Source: a virus. From it: 64,000 bases of DNA. This document shows positions 36,442 to 44,104 of this stretch, piece by piece (the first letter of the stretch is position 1; each line of letters opens with the position of its first letter). The stretch spans positions 1 to 64,000 of the IMG/VR virus record IMGVR_UViG_3300003154_000004. One strand, written 5' to 3'. Under the pieces are notes generated by a model. That model saw only the letters and a program-made list of their open reading frames with translations. It was not told the DNA's origin and searched no databases. A program made the translations under genes and the position numbers.

Positions 36442-36759
36442 ATGGAAGAATTTAGGTTTTATGGTGGAAAGCAGCAGGATCAAAATTTTCTGGTGAAGCA
36501 ATCAAACTATATTGACGCAAGAAAATTGGCAGCAGGAGTTGCGGAGGTACATACGATTCCAACGGGGGCATCAGTTGTGATTCTATCCTGTACCGCTCAT
36601 CTCTACGCTAAAGTAGATGGTGCTGCGGCAATTCCCGCAGCAGATGTAACCAATGGATCAGCAAGTGAACTTAACCCAGGCCCTCTGTTCATCAAGGGGG
36701 CGATAACGATAGGACTCATTTCCCCAAGTGATTGTGTGGTAACTCTTTCGTTCTACTAA
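36442..36759 (+). CDS. Hypothetical protein
   Basis: 105-aa ORF with SD GAGGGGGTGGAG. Confidence 0.4.
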   Translation: MEEFRFYGGKQQDQNFLVKQSNYIDARKLAAGVAEVHTIPTGASVVILSCTAHLYAKVDGAAAIPAADVTNGSASELNPGPLFIKGAITIGLISPSDCVVTLSFY

Positions 36760-36776
36760 TCAGAGGGGTAGAAACG

Positions 36777-37622
36777 ATGCGAAATCCTTATGTTCGAAAA
36801 CCTTACGATCGATGGGGGATGCCACGCGATCCATTCCACTCCTCTCCGGAGTCATTGTTTGATGAAGAGACAACTACGACCACTACAACTACGACCACTA
36901 CGTCTACAAGTACAAGCACTACTACAACTACGACAACAACTTCCGCCCCAACCTATGCCGATGTTGTTCTTGCTGATAGTCCTCTTATGTACTTAAGACT
37001 AGGGGAAGCAAGTGGGGAAACAGCGAATGATGAAACAATGAATGAAAATGATGGAACGTATGTAGGAACGTTGTTGAGGGAGCAAACAGGGTTGATCGAT
37101 GATGTGGATACATGTGTGGAAATAGAACATGCTCTGGATGGCTATGTACAGAGCCCCGCCTTCACGAGCACTGCAATCAAAGCAGTTGAAATGTGGTTAA
37201 CAAATGGGGTAGGGGAAGATGCGTATGAGCCTTGGTGGTCGCTCGTACTCGGGTCGTTGTCACTCGCATTGTATTGGCATGGGTTTGAAGAGAAACTAGC
37301 AATTTGGGAATATGGTGGAGCAGGGGATAACATTTACTATTCGGATGTTATTGCTGACTCCGTTGGAACATTTCATATTGTCATTTTCTATAATACGACT
37401 GATGATAAGACCTACTGTATGGTAAATGGTGTTGTGAGTGAAAGTACATTTAGTGGAAATATGTTTGCAAATTATACGGGGGCAACATTGTTTGCAGGGT
37501 GTGATCATAATGGCAGTGCAGTAGCGGATACACTGGTAGGAAAGTTGGATGAGATTGTAGTCTATTCAACGGAAGTAAGTGCGGAGAGATTCTTACAGCA
37601 TTATCAGATAGGCGCTGTGTGA
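36777..37622 (+). CDS. LamG/ConA-like lectin-domain protein with an N-terminal poly-Thr/Ser linker
   Basis: ATG 36777 follows GAGGGG. LRLGEASGETANDETMNENDGTYVG is a Laminin_G_3-like signature. The linker TTTTTTTTTTTSTSTSTTTTTTTT is present. Confidence 0.5.
   Translation: MRNPYVRKPYDRWGMPRDPFHSSPESLFDEETTTTTTTTTTTSTSTSTTTTTTTTSAPTYADVVLADSPLMYLRLGEASGETANDETMNENDGTYVGTLLREQTGLIDDVDTCVEIEHALDGYVQSPAFTSTAIKAVEMWLTNGVGEDAYEPWWSLVLGSLSLALYWHGFEEKLAIWEYGGAGDNIYYSDVIADSVGTFHIVIFYNTTDDKTYCMVNGVVSESTFSGNMFANYTGATLFAGCDHNGSAVADTLVGKLDEIVVYSTEVSAERFLQHYQIGAV
36870..36942 (+). repeat. Poly-Thr/Ser encoding tract
   Basis: Encodes TTTTTTTTTTTSTSTSTTTTTTTTS. Confidence 0.9.
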
Positions 37623-37653
37623 TTCCAATTCGATAGCGATGATGTTACACAAC

Positions 37654-37700
37654 GATGTCGGTATGCGAAAATAGAGCACATAGCGTGAGGATTTCCATGC
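37654..37700 (+). repeat. Copy 2 of the 47-nt conserved element
   Basis: Sequence GATGTCGGTATGCGAAAATAGAGCACATAGCGTGAGGATTTCCATGC, in the intergenic region after the last tail gene. Confidence 0.85.
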
Positions 37701-37843
37701 AATGCAGAACGATATTCACAACAGTCTTGACAGCGATCAAGATAATTATAAGGATGGCCGTAACCCACCTTACGTTCTCATGGTGAGAACGAAGGCAGTG
37801 TGGGGTTGGATAAAATCGTTGCTCAATCGAAAGGAGAAAACAA

Positions 37844-38110
37844 ATGGAAGCAGTAGCAAAGCTCAATGCGGATAACTATAGGGATCCGCAGGAGTTATTG
37901 GACAGAATGGTGCTTGCGGCATGCAATGCCGGGTGTTCCCCCAGTGCTGGGCATATCGTGAGCAAACACCCTCCAGATCTGGACAGCCAGTGGGCTGTGC
38001 TGACTGTGAAAGGAACTGAAGCCCAACTCCTGAAGTTTAGGAGTTACCCCAACTTTGTAGGGGAAGCTCTTGCGTCCTTGAAAGGGGACGGGTTCTGGTT
38101 TATTCTGTAG
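37844..38110 (+). CDS. Hypothetical protein
   Basis: 88-aa ORF with SD AAAGGAGAA. Confidence 0.45.
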   Translation: MEAVAKLNADNYRDPQELLDRMVLAACNAGCSPSAGHIVSKHPPDLDSQWAVLTVKGTEAQLLKFRSYPNFVGEALASLKGDGFWFIL

Positions 38111-38124
38111 GATTTCAACTGACT

Positions 38125-38153
38125 GGGGTGGCAGACTCAAAATCTGCCACCCC
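38125..38153 (+). terminator. Perfect 11-bp GC-rich hairpin (GGGGTGGCAGA / TCTGCCACCCC, 7-nt loop) with no U-tract
   Basis: Read directly from the sequence, 15 nt after the stop codon at 38110. Confidence 0.4.
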
Positions 38154-38186
38154 CGCACGCACACACGATCGAAAGGGGAGAAAAAG

Positions 38187-38684
38187 ATGAGACGAAGTAG
38201 TCACAATAAAGGGTGCTTGATGCAAATCCTTGTATTGCTCTTATTCCTTGTATTTGCAGGGTGTAATGGTTGTGCAACAGATCAGTCATCGACAGGCGAT
38301 ACGAATGATGCAATCACGCAGTACGGGTATTACGTACTGAACACTGCAGGGGTGTCGTATGATTCGCTGATGAAGTCAGCGAGGGATTTGTACGACAAAG
38401 GGTATCTGAAGGATGAGGGAAAGGCAAAAATTATTGAATATGGTACGAAGTATAAGGCTGCATATGATGGGTGTGTAGCAGCCTTAGAAAGTTATAAGAA
38501 AGTTTCGGATGCGGAGTCGGCTGCAAAGTTGACACAGGCGATTTCGGAAGTTGTGCGCTTTTTGGGTGAAATTACTGGCTATTTGCAACCATTCTTTGAG
38601 AAGGAGAAAGCCGCTGCGATTGCCCCTACATCGCAACTGCTATTCTTGCCAATGCCAAATGGACTAGGAAAGGGGGTGGCATAA
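38187..38684 (+). CDS. Lipoprotein
   Basis: SD AAAGGGGAG. Signal peptide with lipobox LVFAGC. Confidence 0.6.
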   Translation: MRRSSHNKGCLMQILVLLLFLVFAGCNGCATDQSSTGDTNDAITQYGYYVLNTAGVSYDSLMKSARDLYDKGYLKDEGKAKIIEYGTKYKAAYDGCVAALESYKKVSDAESAAKLTQAISEVVRFLGEITGYLQPFFEKEKAAAIAPTSQLLFLPMPNGLGKGVA

Positions 38685-38685
38685 C

Positions 38686-38865
38686 ATGGCTGAGAAAACT
38701 CAACTTGAACTTGCCTTCATCGCAACGATTGTGGAACTGATCGCGCGGTATGGGATCCCCGGACTCATAGAAATTTTGTCTGGGCTGAAGAAGAAGAACA
38801 TTACACTGGAAGACATTCAAGCCCTCAAGAACATCGTGAAAGATCCTGAGGACTACTTCGCATAA
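38686..38865 (+). CDS. Small hypothetical protein (59 aa, below the ORF-track cutoff)
   Basis: ATG lies 1 nt after the upstream stop codon. SD GGAAAGGGGGTGG. I translated the frame and found it open. Confidence 0.4.
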   Translation: MAEKTQLELAFIATIVELIARYGIPGLIEILSGLKKKNITLEDIQALKNIVKDPEDYFA

Positions 38866-38883
38866 CGGAAAGGGGTTTCTGGG

Positions 38884-39108
38884 ATGGAGACGATTAGTAA
38901 ATTTATTCTGGAGTTACTACACTCGGGAACCCCTGCCGTTGTGATCATTCTTTGTGCAATCATCTACTGGTTATTTCGATGTGCTGAGAAGAAAGAAAAC
39001 TCGCTCACGAAAATGGGTGAGAGCCTTCAAGAGAATACACGAGTTCTGGATAAGCTAGTCACATTAGTAGAACTCCTAATGCACCTTCGAACGGAGAAAG
39101 ACAAATGA
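38884..39108 (+). CDS. Small single-pass membrane protein with a coiled-coil tail (holin or spanin-like candidate)
   Basis: Transmembrane segment AVVIILCAIIYWLF. SD GAAAGGGG. Confidence 0.4.
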   Translation: METISKFILELLHSGTPAVVIILCAIIYWLFRCAEKKENSLTKMGESLQENTRVLDKLVTLVELLMHLRTEKDK

Positions 39109-39326
39109 CTTGTTGGCTAGCAAAAATATTTAAAAGGTTGCATTCGAAGGAAACCGATGCTATTGTCGATGCGAATCGGAAAGCATTGAGTAATGCTGAG
39201 CGGCGAATCGATATGATGTTAGACAAGGCAAGAGTAGATGGGGAGGAGCAATGGTTCTTGACATTAAAAAAAGGGGGTGGGCCACAAAATGGACAAGCTA
39301 GTTCTTATTCTTGCACTCCTCATTAA
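39105..39326 (+). CDS. Hypothetical protein
   Basis: 73-aa ORF with ATGA overlap to the upstream stop codon. Confidence 0.3.
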   Translation: MTCWLAKIFKRLHSKETDAIVDANRKALSNAERRIDMMLDKARVDGEEQWFLTLKKGGGPQNGQASSYSCTPH

Positions 39327-39732
39327 TACGACCGTGTTTGTGGGCTCGCTGTTCGGGGCTCTTTTGTTTTCGTGGTGGTGGTGGAGACGTAAAGATTCCA
39401 CTGATGTTTACCGTTGCTTCACGTTCATTCTGTATGGGTTGATGGTAAATAAAGGGATCGCAGTAATTGGTGGCTATCACATCTTGTGTTTGAATGAAGC
39501 AGTGGAGGATGCATTAGGGTTTCATCAATCCTTATTGTGGGCCATTAGATCTCTTCCTATAACTATTGCCTTGATTTATTTTCTCGTAAAGATGGCAAAA
39601 CGTGTTATACACACGTATAAACTGGAGAAACAATGGCAGAAAGAGGATATATACGATGCGAGTAATTCTGTTGGAGGACGATGTACAGATTGTGAGGATG
39701 ATTCAGGAATTTCTTCCAAAGAAAGATCCTAA
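39289..39732 (+). CDS. Multi-pass membrane protein
   Basis: ATG 39289 follows AAGGGGGTGGG. Three to four hydrophobic helices. The 3' end overlaps the receiver gene by 77 nt. Confidence 0.45.
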   Translation: MDKLVLILALLINTTVFVGSLFGALLFSWWWWRRKDSTDVYRCFTFILYGLMVNKGIAVIGGYHILCLNEAVEDALGFHQSLLWAIRSLPITIALIYFLVKMAKRVIHTYKLEKQWQKEDIYDASNSVGGRCTDCEDDSGISSKERS

Positions 39733-40072
39733 TCTCGTTCTCTATGTTGCCACAACATCTCAACAGGCTGTAGGGATTTTGAAAGAGAACTATATTGCGG
39801 TTGCAATCATCGATCTCGCGTTGCCTTCCGATTCTCGAATGGATGGACTAGAGTTCTGCCAGTTTTGTCGAAGTAGAAACCCAATGATTCATTACATAGC
39901 AACCACTGGGTACTGCTCCCTCTTTGACATTACGATGTGTAGGACGATTGGGTTCGATGATGTTATTCTGAAACCCTTTCAGCTTGATGACCTCTGGAAT
40001 TCAGTTGAATACGGATTCAAAAAACGTGGGCGTTGGAAATCTTGTGCTGCTGTTCGCAATCCTCCACGTTGA
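39656..40072 (+). CDS. Stand-alone CheY-like response-regulator receiver domain
   Basis: SD AAGAGGA. All receiver hallmarks are present: LLEDD acidic pocket, phospho-acceptor context VAIIDLALP, IATTG (Thr) and ILKPF (Lys-Pro). There is no output domain. Confidence 0.8.
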   Translation: MRVILLEDDVQIVRMIQEFLPKKDPNLVLYVATTSQQAVGILKENYIAVAIIDLALPSDSRMDGLEFCQFCRSRNPMIHYIATTGYCSLFDITMCRTIGFDDVILKPFQLDDLWNSVEYGFKKRGRWKSCAAVRNPPR

Positions 40073-41947
40073 CTATTTGTGTAGAACCTTCGTTTCTTCC
40101 ATCTCCTGTGTGAAAAAACAGTAGTGTAGAATGCAGGAGATAGCAATAAATCGATTTGTACGATAGTCAGGTTCAGGGTAAATCCCAGGGAAGTTTGCAA
40201 TCGCATACCCCTTGTAGGGTATGTAATTTACACCTACTGACCATTTGAATGCTTTCATGTGCCGGGCTTTTGGATATTTTGGGACCTCCCGCTTACTCGC
40301 CGTTACCATCTTGTAGTCAAACATCATGATCTGTGCATCTGATTTCTTGAACTCCTCAAAGTCTTCCTCAAAGTTTTCATCATACTTTTCATCTTGATCA
40401 AGGAACAGAACGTAGGTGGGTTTAATCGTATCAAGTTCCCGTATAAGCTCCTCTCTCCAATTCCATCTATTCCATTCACTCGTTGCATTGATTATCGTGT
40501 GTGGGTAAGACGTCGGGATTTGTAGAAGGCAACGTGAAAAAAGTTCCGCATCTCCTTTAATATTATCAAACCTCAGTACGACCTGATCACAATACCGAAG
40601 AAGATCTGAGAGAGCAGTAGCGGCGAGGGGGAAGTCTGAGATTGCCATCAGACCAACCGTGATTTCCTTTCTCTTGAAAGCTGAAATAGTAATCGTCTCA
40701 GCCTTTTTCTCCCAATTGTTCTTTACCTGCTTCGTGGCATCTTCAAGAAGAGGTTTCATCTGTTTATACCATATGTTCTCATATGAGAAATCCCAGAGAT
40801 GATACCGCATCGGTAGATAATTGAGAATCTTCATGGCGAGATCATCGAAGTAGGCATTAGGATCATGGTAGGTAACTAGCTGAAGATCTCCTGCAGCACC
40901 ATCTGTTATACCAGGGGTTCTAAATGAAGCATCGAAATACAGTGCCCTTACCCCAGCAAATTCCCTCAAGCATTTCAATCGATTGCTCACGACCAGCAGA
41001 TTATCACTAATCTTCGCTTCGATCAGGCAGTTGGGGGAAACTTCAGAGCGGGAAGCAAAAACGAAGAGATTTGCGAGGCGGAAAAGTTCCGCGACATTGC
41101 GTCTAGGCAGAGGTTTGTTGTGAGTCAATTCATTCGTGAAGATGAAATCCTCTCCATCTATGAGACCCATCGATTTGCAATACTCCTTCTTCTCTTCGAT
41201 CTCCTTCAAGCGATGCCTCGCGTTTGCATTTGCAAAGATTAGCGCCACTTTTTGCCCTTTCCGCTTCAGAGCAGCAAAGGTCATGATGAGAGGATCGATC
41301 CCTTTTGCCTCCATACGAGTCGCGCAGTGGGGGAAGATCTGTATGACACCTTTATTCGGAATATCGAGCAGATCAATTATTTGGCACGTGAGAGGGTCAA
41401 GATTGTGAAACGATCGGTAGTCTTTTGGGTTATAGACGCATTTGACGTTTTCGGGGGAGGTGTTGTACATCTGAGCAAGTCCCTGTGCGTCCCTTTTGTT
41501 CATGTATACGAGCCATGAATGTTCCATCATCGTGTGTCGCAAGTTCTGAGGGTATGGTGTGTTCGGCAGAGAATGGGTCCATGCTGAATGTACCCAATGC
41601 AGCCAGAACGCTTTCAGAGATGGTTCAGCGAGACGCATTGCAGCATTGTATGCAAGAAAGGTACGTTGGTAGATCAGGTCGGCAGTCAGAATGATGTCGT
41701 AGTCCTTTAAAATGGAAAGGTAGAGTGTAGCGTAATGATTGGCTTGTTCTTCAAACGGGGCCCCCCGTGGGATTGTGGTGAGGTTATTGATCTGGTTCGG
41801 GTAGAGATCCTTCGGGCAGTTCACATTGACTAGGAAGTCGAAGTCCTGTTTGAATCGTTCCAACATCTTCGCCCTCTCTAACCAACCTATATGCAGTGCA
41901 TACCCATCTTGAAAGCTACCAAAATGACTCAGTATTGCGATCTTCAT
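40073..41947 (-). CDS. Two-domain glycosyltransferase (N-terminal GT-B/GT4-like, C-terminal GT-A-like with DQDE)
   Basis: 624 aa. GT-B-type FVFASRSEVSPNCLIEAKISDNLLV. C-terminal YVLFLDQDEKYDE (DxD-like). Confidence 0.6.
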   Translation of the reverse strand: MKIAILSHFGSFQDGYALHIGWLERAKMLERFKQDFDFLVNVNCPKDLYPNQINNLTTIPRGAPFEEQANHYATLYLSILKDYDIILTADLIYQRTFLAYNAAMRLAEPSLKAFWLHWVHSAWTHSLPNTPYPQNLRHTMMEHSWLVYMNKRDAQGLAQMYNTSPENVKCVYNPKDYRSFHNLDPLTCQIIDLLDIPNKGVIQIFPHCATRMEAKGIDPLIMTFAALKRKGQKVALIFANANARHRLKEIEEKKEYCKSMGLIDGEDFIFTNELTHNKPLPRRNVAELFRLANLFVFASRSEVSPNCLIEAKISDNLLVVSNRLKCLREFAGVRALYFDASFRTPGITDGAAGDLQLVTYHDPNAYFDDLAMKILNYLPMRYHLWDFSYENIWYKQMKPLLEDATKQVKNNWEKKAETITISAFKRKEITVGLMAISDFPLAATALSDLLRYCDQVVLRFDNIKGDAELFSRCLLQIPTSYPHTIINATSEWNRWNWREELIRELDTIKPTYVLFLDQDEKYDENFEEDFEEFKKSDAQIMMFDYKMVTASKREVPKYPKARHMKAFKWSVGVNYIPYKGYAIANFPGIYPEPDYRTNRFIAISCILHYCFFTQEMEETKVLHK

Positions 41948-42594
41948 TACTTTACTGGACCTCCTTTTTGTATGTACTGCTGAATGGCTTCTTGCAATGG
42001 GTAGTAGACAATAGTTCCATCTTCAATAAGATTGAGCATTTCGGAATTTGACGATGGCTTATTAATGTATTCATCTCGTAATAGTAGTTGGTCATTATAC
42101 CATGCAACAAGCCATCCTGGTTTATCTTTTATGAGCACGTAATCTAATTGTTCCATCCAGTTGTGAATCTCAAAGATAATCTTCCATACATTACCCATCC
42201 AAGCATGACCATTGTTGAGTTTTTCGGGTAGCGTTCTTTCTTCGATCTCATGGTAAGGTGGGTAGAAAGGGTTGACATCATGGATTAATATAACGGAATC
42301 TTTCTGTGTACGTAACAATACGTTTGACAAGTCCCGAGTGACCTGATTTGCTGAATGAAAACCATCTATGAAAACCATCTCAAAAAATCGATCGACGTTG
42401 TAAGGCCAAGAGGCTGCAAATATACCATCCGACGTCCCTCTCAAAAGCCTTCCTGATTGGACACTACCATTCGGAGAGATGCAAACTTTATCTTCAAGAG
42501 GGACGCTCTCAAAGTTTCGCCCGTCCCCAAGTCCTATTTCAAGATAGGACGTAGGTTTTCTCAACTTGAAGAAAGCTTCTAGGACGTCTCGCAT
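41947..42594 (-). CDS. Class I methyltransferase-like protein
   Basis: Motifs YLEIGLGDGRNF, MVFIDGFHS and ILIHDVNP, giving a Methyltransf_24-like pattern. Confidence 0.45.
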   Translation of the reverse strand: MRDVLEAFFKLRKPTSYLEIGLGDGRNFESVPLEDKVCISPNGSVQSGRLLRGTSDGIFAASWPYNVDRFFEMVFIDGFHSANQVTRDLSNVLLRTQKDSVILIHDVNPFYPPYHEIEERTLPEKLNNGHAWMGNVWKIIFEIHNWMEQLDYVLIKDKPGWLVAWYNDQLLLRDEYINKPSSNSEMLNLIEDGTIVYYPLQEAIQQYIQKGGPVK

Positions 42595-42872
42595 GATTCC
42601 TCCTTGTAGTAATCTTTATTCTGTTCGAATGTTGCGATAGCCTGGAGTTTTGCTTTGCGAGGGTAGCCTTTGACACAGGCTTCAAAACGCAGTGCTTCCC
42701 CATGTGTTAATCCTGAGCACGAGTCGAGCAGTTTGACTGGGCGATGAGAGCGGGTGTACTTCCCCCCTTTTCCTTCATTATGTTTCTTCACCCTCTTCTC
42801 GACATTCAGCGTAATTCCACAGTAGTACGACCCGTCATTGCATTCTACCAAATACACTGACCACTCTTTCAT
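42579..42872 (-). CDS. GIY-YIG nuclease family protein (UPF0213-like)
   Basis: VYLVECNDGSYYCGITLNVEKRVKKHNEGKGGKYTRSHRPVKLL...EALRFEACVKGYPRKAKL matches the family pattern closely. Confidence 0.85.
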   Translation of the reverse strand: MKEWSVYLVECNDGSYYCGITLNVEKRVKKHNEGKGGKYTRSHRPVKLLDSCSGLTHGEALRFEACVKGYPRKAKLQAIATFEQNKDYYKEESCETS

Positions 42873-43072
42873 TTCCTCTCCCTCTGGCAGAGTTTATTTA
42901 CCAGATCTGCCGTCGCCGCTCCTCCAAATACACCAATTAACCAGGCAATGCCAACTGGGGGTAAATTTACAACTTTGTGACTGATAACAAGATCCGTGAT
43001 GATTGCCGATATACCTAGTATAATAATCGTTATGAAAAACCCTGTAATATGACACACCATTCGTTCTTTCAT
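42869..43072 (-). CDS. Small two-TM membrane protein (holin candidate)
   Basis: 67 aa with two hydrophobic helices and a basic C-terminus, about 0.6 kb downstream of the endolysin gene. Confidence 0.45.
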   Translation of the reverse strand: MKERMVCHITGFFITIIILGISAIITDLVISHKVVNLPPVGIAWLIGVFGGAATADLVNKLCQRERK

Positions 43073-43076
43073 CCTA

Positions 43077-43673
43077 TTACTCCTTCCTGCTTTCTAACAA
43101 TGTCCAAATAAACATACAGTAGTTTGCTACATGGACAGTGCGTTTTGTGACCTCTTCTTTATCTAAAAATTTAAAGCCAATTTTCATCTTCGCAATTTGT
43201 ACCATCATCGACTCCATTAGATCCAATGGAGAGACTTTATTCCACGGTGGATCCTTTTCTTTTTCATGAAGATTTAATTCCTCCTGCATCTTCTCCCTGA
43301 ATTTCTCCAAAATTTCATTTAGTCCGCCTTCAAGAGGGGAGGTAATAGAATGGATGACACATTGCCACTCAGAAAAAATTTCTTTTTTCATCTCCTCCAA
43401 TGTCTTCCCGATCATCTGTTTGTCCTTTGGATGCCATGTTACTTTCCATGTTTTACAATCCGGCTTCGAAAAATAGATCAGTTTAGTAGGATCGACCCAT
43501 TCATCCACTCCATTCCCATCCCACCTGACAAGAAGATATAAACCATTAGACCATTGAACATACCCGGTTTGAAAGGCCTCGCCCCCTTTCGTACCCGCCT
43601 CCCCTTGTCTTACCACCAGCTGATCTGTGTACACCCCGATTCCAAACACCTTCTTAATCTCTAAGAAGCTCAT
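43077..43673 (-). CDS. Hypothetical protein with a C-terminal MazG-like helical domain
   Basis: Start ATG 43673 follows GAAGGGGG, after the M15 stop codon. The C-terminus (LMESMMVQIAKMK...VHVANYCMFIWTLL) is like phage MazG-type NTP pyrophosphohydrolases. Confidence 0.4.
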   Translation of the reverse strand: MSFLEIKKVFGIGVYTDQLVVRQGEAGTKGGEAFQTGYVQWSNGLYLLVRWDGNGVDEWVDPTKLIYFSKPDCKTWKVTWHPKDKQMIGKTLEEMKKEIFSEWQCVIHSITSPLEGGLNEILEKFREKMQEELNLHEKEKDPPWNKVSPLDLMESMMVQIAKMKIGFKFLDKEEVTKRTVHVANYCMFIWTLLESRKE

Positions 43674-43698
43674 ACCACACACCCCCTTCGCAACATCC

Positions 43699-44100
43699 TT
43701 ATGCCTTTGCCACTCCGTCATCCCAACGGGCCATCTGACCGCGCACATCCACATGAACAAATCCTTCTGAAATTCCAGTCGGGGTGTGACGATAAATGCC
43801 AATCCCCCCTTTCTGAAAAACCGGGATCTGCTTCGCGAATACCGCCATTTGATCCGGGCTTAACCTCTCAATCACAATATCTGCCGCAGTTCCAAGGAGG
43901 TGCTGACTTGCTCGCTTTCCTTTTACCGCCTTGTTGTGTCGGGTACACCTTCGTCCGCTGATAATATGAATCTTACGGTTCCCGGCTAATTCCCGTAGCT
44001 CTTCCAACGCTATCACAAGAGTCGGACTTACATCGTTCGCTCCGCACCCACAGTGGCATTCGAACTCCCACTGTGAGAAATGCTCACTCAAGTCTCCCAT
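43699..44100 (-). CDS. Peptidase M15 (M15A / DUF882-type) endolysin
   Basis: ATG 44100 follows AAAGGAG. Motifs SGRRCTRHNKAVKGKRASQHLLGTAADI and GFVHVDVR (H-x6-D ... H zinc site). Confidence 0.85.
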   Translation of the reverse strand: MGDLSEHFSQWEFECHCGCGANDVSPTLVIALEELRELAGNRKIHIISGRRCTRHNKAVKGKRASQHLLGTAADIVIERLSPDQMAVFAKQIPVFQKGGIGIYRHTPTGISEGFVHVDVRGQMARWDDGVAKA

Positions 44101-44104
44101 CAGA

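Noticed and set aside
25399-36942. Could the short tandem repeats (ACN tracts, 9-bp and 12-bp repeats) be a CRISPR array or a mobile-element terminus?
   Set aside because: The units are 3-12 nt with no spacers, they lie in frame inside coding regions, and they encode linker peptides. No repeat-spacer architecture, transposase or integrase was seen anywhere in the window.
37727-37758. TTGACA-based sigma70 promoter in the 37.7-kb spacer
   Set aside because: No acceptable -10 hexamer lies at 16-18 nt (TATAAG is at 14 nt; AAGGAT is at 17 nt). It is kept only as a note inside the finding, not as a feature.
38187-38684. Unimolecular spanin (T1 gp11-like) call for the lipoprotein
   Set aside because: The N-terminal lipobox fits, but the C-terminus (IAPTSQLLFLPMPNGLGKGVA) is not a convincing transmembrane helix. 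Left as a generic lipoprotein.
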